Of a stretch of 21,006 bases of DNA, positions 17,430 through 21,006 are shown in pieces. A program made the position numbers and the translations under genes. Every line of letters begins with the position of its first letter. Position 1 is the stretch's first letter. Origin of the DNA: Fusobacteriota bacterium (GTDB lineage Bacteria; Fusobacteriota; Fusobacteriia; Fusobacteriales; JBNJFI01); NCBI GenBank assembly GCA_051746725.1, contig JBNJFI010000029.1:1-21006 (forward strand). Reading direction: 5' to 3'. A model generated the notes under the pieces. The model had not been told where the DNA came from. It saw nothing but the letters and a program-made list of their open reading frames with translations, and ran no database searches.

Positions 17430-18194
17430 ATGTATATAGATATCGTTTTATTAGGAATTATTATATTATTTACAGTATTAGGTATAAAAAAGGGGTTGAT
17501 ATTTGAATTTTTTTCTCTTTTTGGAATATTAGTTGCAGTACTATTATCAAAAAAGGTTATTAATATTATTAGTCCAACATTGGAAGCAAAGTTTGGAGAA
17601 AGTCAGATTGGATTTATAATTACTTATGTAGGAGTTTTTATAGGGATATATATAATATTATTTTTAATACTATTAGTTGTTAAGAAATTTTTTGAAAAGA
17701 TTCTATTGGGATGGATTGATAGATTAGGTGGAGGAATAGTTGGTTTTTTAAAAGGATTTGTTATTTCACTGGTAATAATGATAATAGTAACTTTAATTTC
17801 TAATTTTAATAATGAGTGGAGAAACTATATTCAAAAAAGTTATTCTAGTAAAGTAATTGCCAAGGTAATACCATATTTGAAGAGCTTTTTTCCTTCGGAT
17901 ATAAATATTAATATGCAAGAATTTACCGATGATACTCTTATTAAAGGAACTTTAGAAGATGTATTAAAAGATACTAATTCAAATTTAAATATAGAAGAAA
18001 TTCAAGAAAAGATAAATAAAAAAACAGAAAGCGAAAATTTAAATCGTTTAAAATCTGGGAGTAAAAAAATAAATATAAAAGATTTACAGGAAAAAATCAA
18101 AAAAAAATCTGAATCAAAAAATAAAGGAGAAAAAGTAGATATCGATGAGTTATTAGATACCGTATTAGAGGAGTATAATAATGAAGATAATTGA
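17430..18194 (+). CDS. cvpA: CvpA-family membrane protein with C-terminal soluble extension
   Basis: IDIVLL...GIKKGLIFE and LGWIDRLGGGIVGFLKG CvpA signatures, 4 TM segments, and a charged tail of about 100 aa. Confidence 0.85.
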   Translation: MYIDIVLLGIIILFTVLGIKKGLIFEFFSLFGILVAVLLSKKVINIISPTLEAKFGESQIGFIITYVGVFIGIYIILFLILLVVKKFFEKILLGWIDRLGGGIVGFLKGFVISLVIMIIVTLISNFNNEWRNYIQKSYSSKVIAKVIPYLKSFFPSDININMQEFTDDTLIKGTLEDVLKDTNSNLNIEEIQEKINKKTESENLNRLKSGSKKINIKDLQEKIKKKSESKNKGEKVDIDELLDTVLEEYNNEDN

Positions 18195-19263
18195 TAAATA
18201 TATCTATAAAGAGTTGGTGTTACCCACAATATTTGGAATAAGTATATTTACTTTTATTTTTTTGATTGATATTTTAGTAGAAATGATGGAAAACATTTTA
18301 GTAAAAGATATACCAGTATTGGACGTATTAGAAATGATTTCTTTTTATCTTCCTCCAATAATGGTTCAAACCATTCCCATGGGGATTTTACTTGGAGTTA
18401 TGATAACTTATGGAAATTTATCTTCAAATAGTGAACTTATTGCCTTGGAATCAATAGGAATAGGGATAAAACAATTTTTAAAACCAGCTTTAATAATTGG
18501 AATAATAACAACTATGTTTTTATTTTTTTTAGAAGAAACAGTTATACCTAATTCTTATGATAAATTGGCTAGAATAACAAAAAAGATAGCATATACTAAA
18601 CCAGCATTAAAAATAGATGAAAAAATATTTATTGAAGATATAGGTGATTATAATATATATATAAATGAGATGAATAATGATGGAAGTAGAGCTGAAAACT
18701 TAGTCATTTTCAAAAAAGAAAACGACAGTCAGTATCCACAAGTTATAGTATCAAAAGTTGCAAAATGGGAAAAAAATAATATGATACTTGAAGATGCAAA
18801 TTTTTATCAGATAAATTCTGATGGTGAAAAAAAATTAAGTGGAAGCTTTAATAGACAATTAATTCCAATACAGAGCTTTTTTGGAGATTATACAAGTAAT
18901 GGAAGTACAAAAAAGTCTATGATGGGAATTACAGATTTGAAAAAAGAGCTAAAAGTAGATCACAAAAAAGATGTCCTTAAATCTTATGAAATTGAACTAC
19001 ATAAAAAGATAAATATTCCTCTAGCAGCTGTAATATTTTCTTTTTTGGGAGTTATGTTATCTGTCAAAAAAGGGAGAACGGGAAAAGGGATGAGTTTTGG
19101 TGTTAGTTTAGTTATTATATTTTTATATATAATGGGATTAGACTTTGGACAGATAATGGCCAAAAAAGAGATATTTCCCACAGCAATCGCCTTATCTATT
19201 CCAAATATATTGTTAACTATATTGAGTCTCATATTATTTTATAAACAAACGCGAACCAGATAA
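18181..19263 (+). CDS. lptF: LPS export ABC transporter permease, LptF/LptG family (likely LptF)
   Basis: IIDKYI start, TIPMGILLG, LSSNSELIALESIGI, ELHKKINIP and PNIL motifs. 3+3 TM topology with a periplasmic domain. First of a tandem pair. Confidence 0.88.
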   Translation: MKIIDKYIYKELVLPTIFGISIFTFIFLIDILVEMMENILVKDIPVLDVLEMISFYLPPIMVQTIPMGILLGVMITYGNLSSNSELIALESIGIGIKQFLKPALIIGIITTMFLFFLEETVIPNSYDKLARITKKIAYTKPALKIDEKIFIEDIGDYNIYINEMNNDGSRAENLVIFKKENDSQYPQVIVSKVAKWEKNNMILEDANFYQINSDGEKKLSGSFNRQLIPIQSFFGDYTSNGSTKKSMMGITDLKKELKVDHKKDVLKSYEIELHKKINIPLAAVIFSFLGVMLSVKKGRTGKGMSFGVSLVIIFLYIMGLDFGQIMAKKEIFPTAIALSIPNILLTILSLILFYKQTRTR

Positions 19264-19275
19264 AGGGGAGTATAT

Positions 19276-20352
19276 ATGAAAAAAATCGATAGATATATTT
19301 TGATAAAATTTATAAAATCTTTTTTGATAGGAACCTTTGCTTTTTTAAATATATTTATTCTAAGAGAATTATTTTCTATAATATCATATATTATAGATGG
19401 AAAATTAAATATTGCTCAAGGAATAGAACTATTAATGGTAGGGTTACCAGAAGTAATAATACAAGTTACTCCCCTTGGTGTTTTACTAGGGGGTCTAATG
19501 ACTGTTAATGAATTAGCTAAAAATTTAGAAATAACAGCATTAAAAACTTCTGGAATAAGCTTTAGAAGAATTGTAATATTTCCAATAATATTCACATTAT
19601 TTTTGTCAGTATTTTTATTATGGTTTAATAATAATGTAGTACCTGAATCTAACCAAAGAAAAAGAGAATTAAAATACAGTGAAGTGTATAAGGTGAAAGA
19701 TTCCAGGGTTAAATCAGATGTTTTTTTAAAAGGAAGTGGAAATTACTTATATTATGTTAGATTAGTTAATGGATCTTCTCAAAGTGTTAATAATATACAA
19801 ATTGTAGAGTTAGACGATGGTTTAAAAATAGTTAAAAAAATCATTACTGCAAAACGAGGAAATTACAATCCAGATTTGAATATATGGAGATTATATAACG
19901 TAAAAATAAATAATATAGAAGAAGATAAAACATATTCTTTGAGTTCATACAATCCAAATTTTTTGAAAGAGGATGTAAATGATTTTTTAAGAGATAAAAT
20001 AAGAGAAAATGAAATGAGTATTTCTGAATTAAGGGAATCTGCTACTTTTATAAGAAAAACAGGTGGAGATGTAAAAAAGATACTGACTCTAATGTATAAA
20101 AAAATGGCATATCCTTTTGCAAGTATAATAATGGCATTTGTTGGACTTTCATTAGGATCTAAATATGTAAGAGGAAGTTCGGCAGTTAGCATTGGGCTGA
20201 GCGTAGTTATTGGTTATGTATATTATATTGTTATGGCAACAATGGAAGCCATGGGAGTTGGTGGTTATGTTTCACCTTTAATAGGAGCATGGATTCCTAA
20301 CATATTATTTTTAACAATAGGAATTTTAACAATGAGAAAAGCAGAATATTAA
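19276..20352 (+). CDS. lptG: LPS export ABC transporter permease, LptF/LptG family (likely LptG)
   Basis: IDRYI start, LAKNLEITALKTSGISFRRI, KMAYPFA and GAWIPNILF motifs. Second of the tandem pair. Confidence 0.88.
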   Translation: MKKIDRYILIKFIKSFLIGTFAFLNIFILRELFSIISYIIDGKLNIAQGIELLMVGLPEVIIQVTPLGVLLGGLMTVNELAKNLEITALKTSGISFRRIVIFPIIFTLFLSVFLLWFNNNVVPESNQRKRELKYSEVYKVKDSRVKSDVFLKGSGNYLYYVRLVNGSSQSVNNIQIVELDDGLKIVKKIITAKRGNYNPDLNIWRLYNVKINNIEEDKTYSLSSYNPNFLKEDVNDFLRDKIRENEMSISELRESATFIRKTGGDVKKILTLMYKKMAYPFASIIMAFVGLSLGSKYVRGSSAVSIGLSVVIGYVYYIVMATMEAMGVGGYVSPLIGAWIPNILFLTIGILTMRKAEY

Positions 20353-20380
20353 AATTAGATAAATCTAGAAAGGCGTGAAA

Positions 20381-21006
20381 ATGGCTATAATAAAAAAAAC
20401 AAGAAATAATATCCCAGTTATTTTAGAAGATATAGATCATGTAAAATCAGTTTCAATAGGAGTTTTTGTTAAAACAGGATCTAAAAATGAAAAAGAAAAT
20501 GAGAGTGGAATATCTCATTTTGTAGAACATATGTTATTTAAAGGAACTAAAAGTAAGACAGCACAGCAAATTTCTGAAAAGATAGACCAGATAGGTGGAA
20601 ATATAAATGCATTTACAAATAAAGAGATGACTGGATTTTATGTTACTTTGTTAAGCGAACACATAGATGTAGCAATTGAAACTCTATCGGATATAATAAT
20701 AAACTCAACTTTTCCCGCGGAAGAAATAGAAAAAGAAAAAAAAGTTATTATAGAAGAGATAAAAATGTATAAGGATATTCCAGAAGAAGAATTATATGAT
20801 TTGAATTTTGAATCTGTTTTAGAAGAAAGTGGAGTTGCAAATAGTGTTTTAGGAACTATTGAAAGTGTATCTAGTATGACTCAAAAGAAACTTATTAATT
20901 ATTGGAAAGAAAGATATGCTCAAGAAAATTTAGTTATATCAGTTTCTGGGCAAGTAGATATAAACTCAGTTTTTTCTAAAATTGAAAATAATTTTAAAGA
21001 GTTAAG
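20381..21006 (+). CDS. M16-family (pitrilysin/MPP-like) zinc peptidase, 3'-truncated by the window edge
   Basis: Not in the ORF track. Manual translation from ATG 20381 gives MAIIKKTRNNIPVILE...VKTGSKNE...GISHFVEHMLFKGT...GGNINAFT, including the inverted zinc motif HxxEH. Confidence 0.92.
   Translation, partial: MAIIKKTRNNIPVILEDIDHVKSVSIGVFVKTGSKNEKENESGISHFVEHMLFKGTKSKTAQQISEKIDQIGGNINAFTNKEMTGFYVTLLSEHIDVAIETLSDIIINSTFPAEEIEKEKKVIIEEIKMYKDIPEEELYDLNFESVLEESGVANSVLGTIESVSSMTQKKLINYWKERYAQENLVISVSGQVDINSVFSKIENNFKEL

Noticed and set aside
3486..20192. All minus-strand ORFs in the track (3486-3917, 5574-5780, 7629-7898, 10224-10751, 11916-12164, 13712-14029, 15054-15290, 15509-15832, 16672-16866, 18002-18229, 18984-19232, 19863-20192)
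   Set aside because: They lie antisense to well-supported plus-strand genes and show no recognisable motifs. Their F/S/I/L-rich composition is what antisense shadows of A-rich coding strands look like.

Overview
This is a low-GC, all-plus-strand stretch of core bacterial chromosome from an LPS-producing (diderm) organism. Gene order and content suggest Fusobacteriota, which is an inference. The order is: DUF1622-like membrane protein, PfkB fructokinase, xth, then mutS, a 911-aa LptC/LptA-like beta-jellyroll protein, lptB and a D,D-carboxypeptidase, then alaS, ruvX, secD, secF and a small winged-helix protein, then alr, two hypotheticals, cvpA, lptF, lptG and an M16 peptidase truncated by the window edge. 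I see no mobile element, CRISPR array, rRNA or tRNA. The main points worth a second look are: (i) a giant membrane-anchored multi-jellyroll Lpt protein standing where lptC and lptA normally are, possibly a single-chain periplasmic LPS bridge; (ii) an apparent non-canonical ATT start codon for alr behind a strong Shine-Dalgarno (SD) sequence; (iii) a structured xth-mutS intergenic region with a 7-nt tandem-repeat hairpin and a nested long hairpin; (iv) two uncharacterised exported or anchored proteins coupled into the alr-cvpA-lptFG operon. All family calls come from motif recognition by eye, not database searches.
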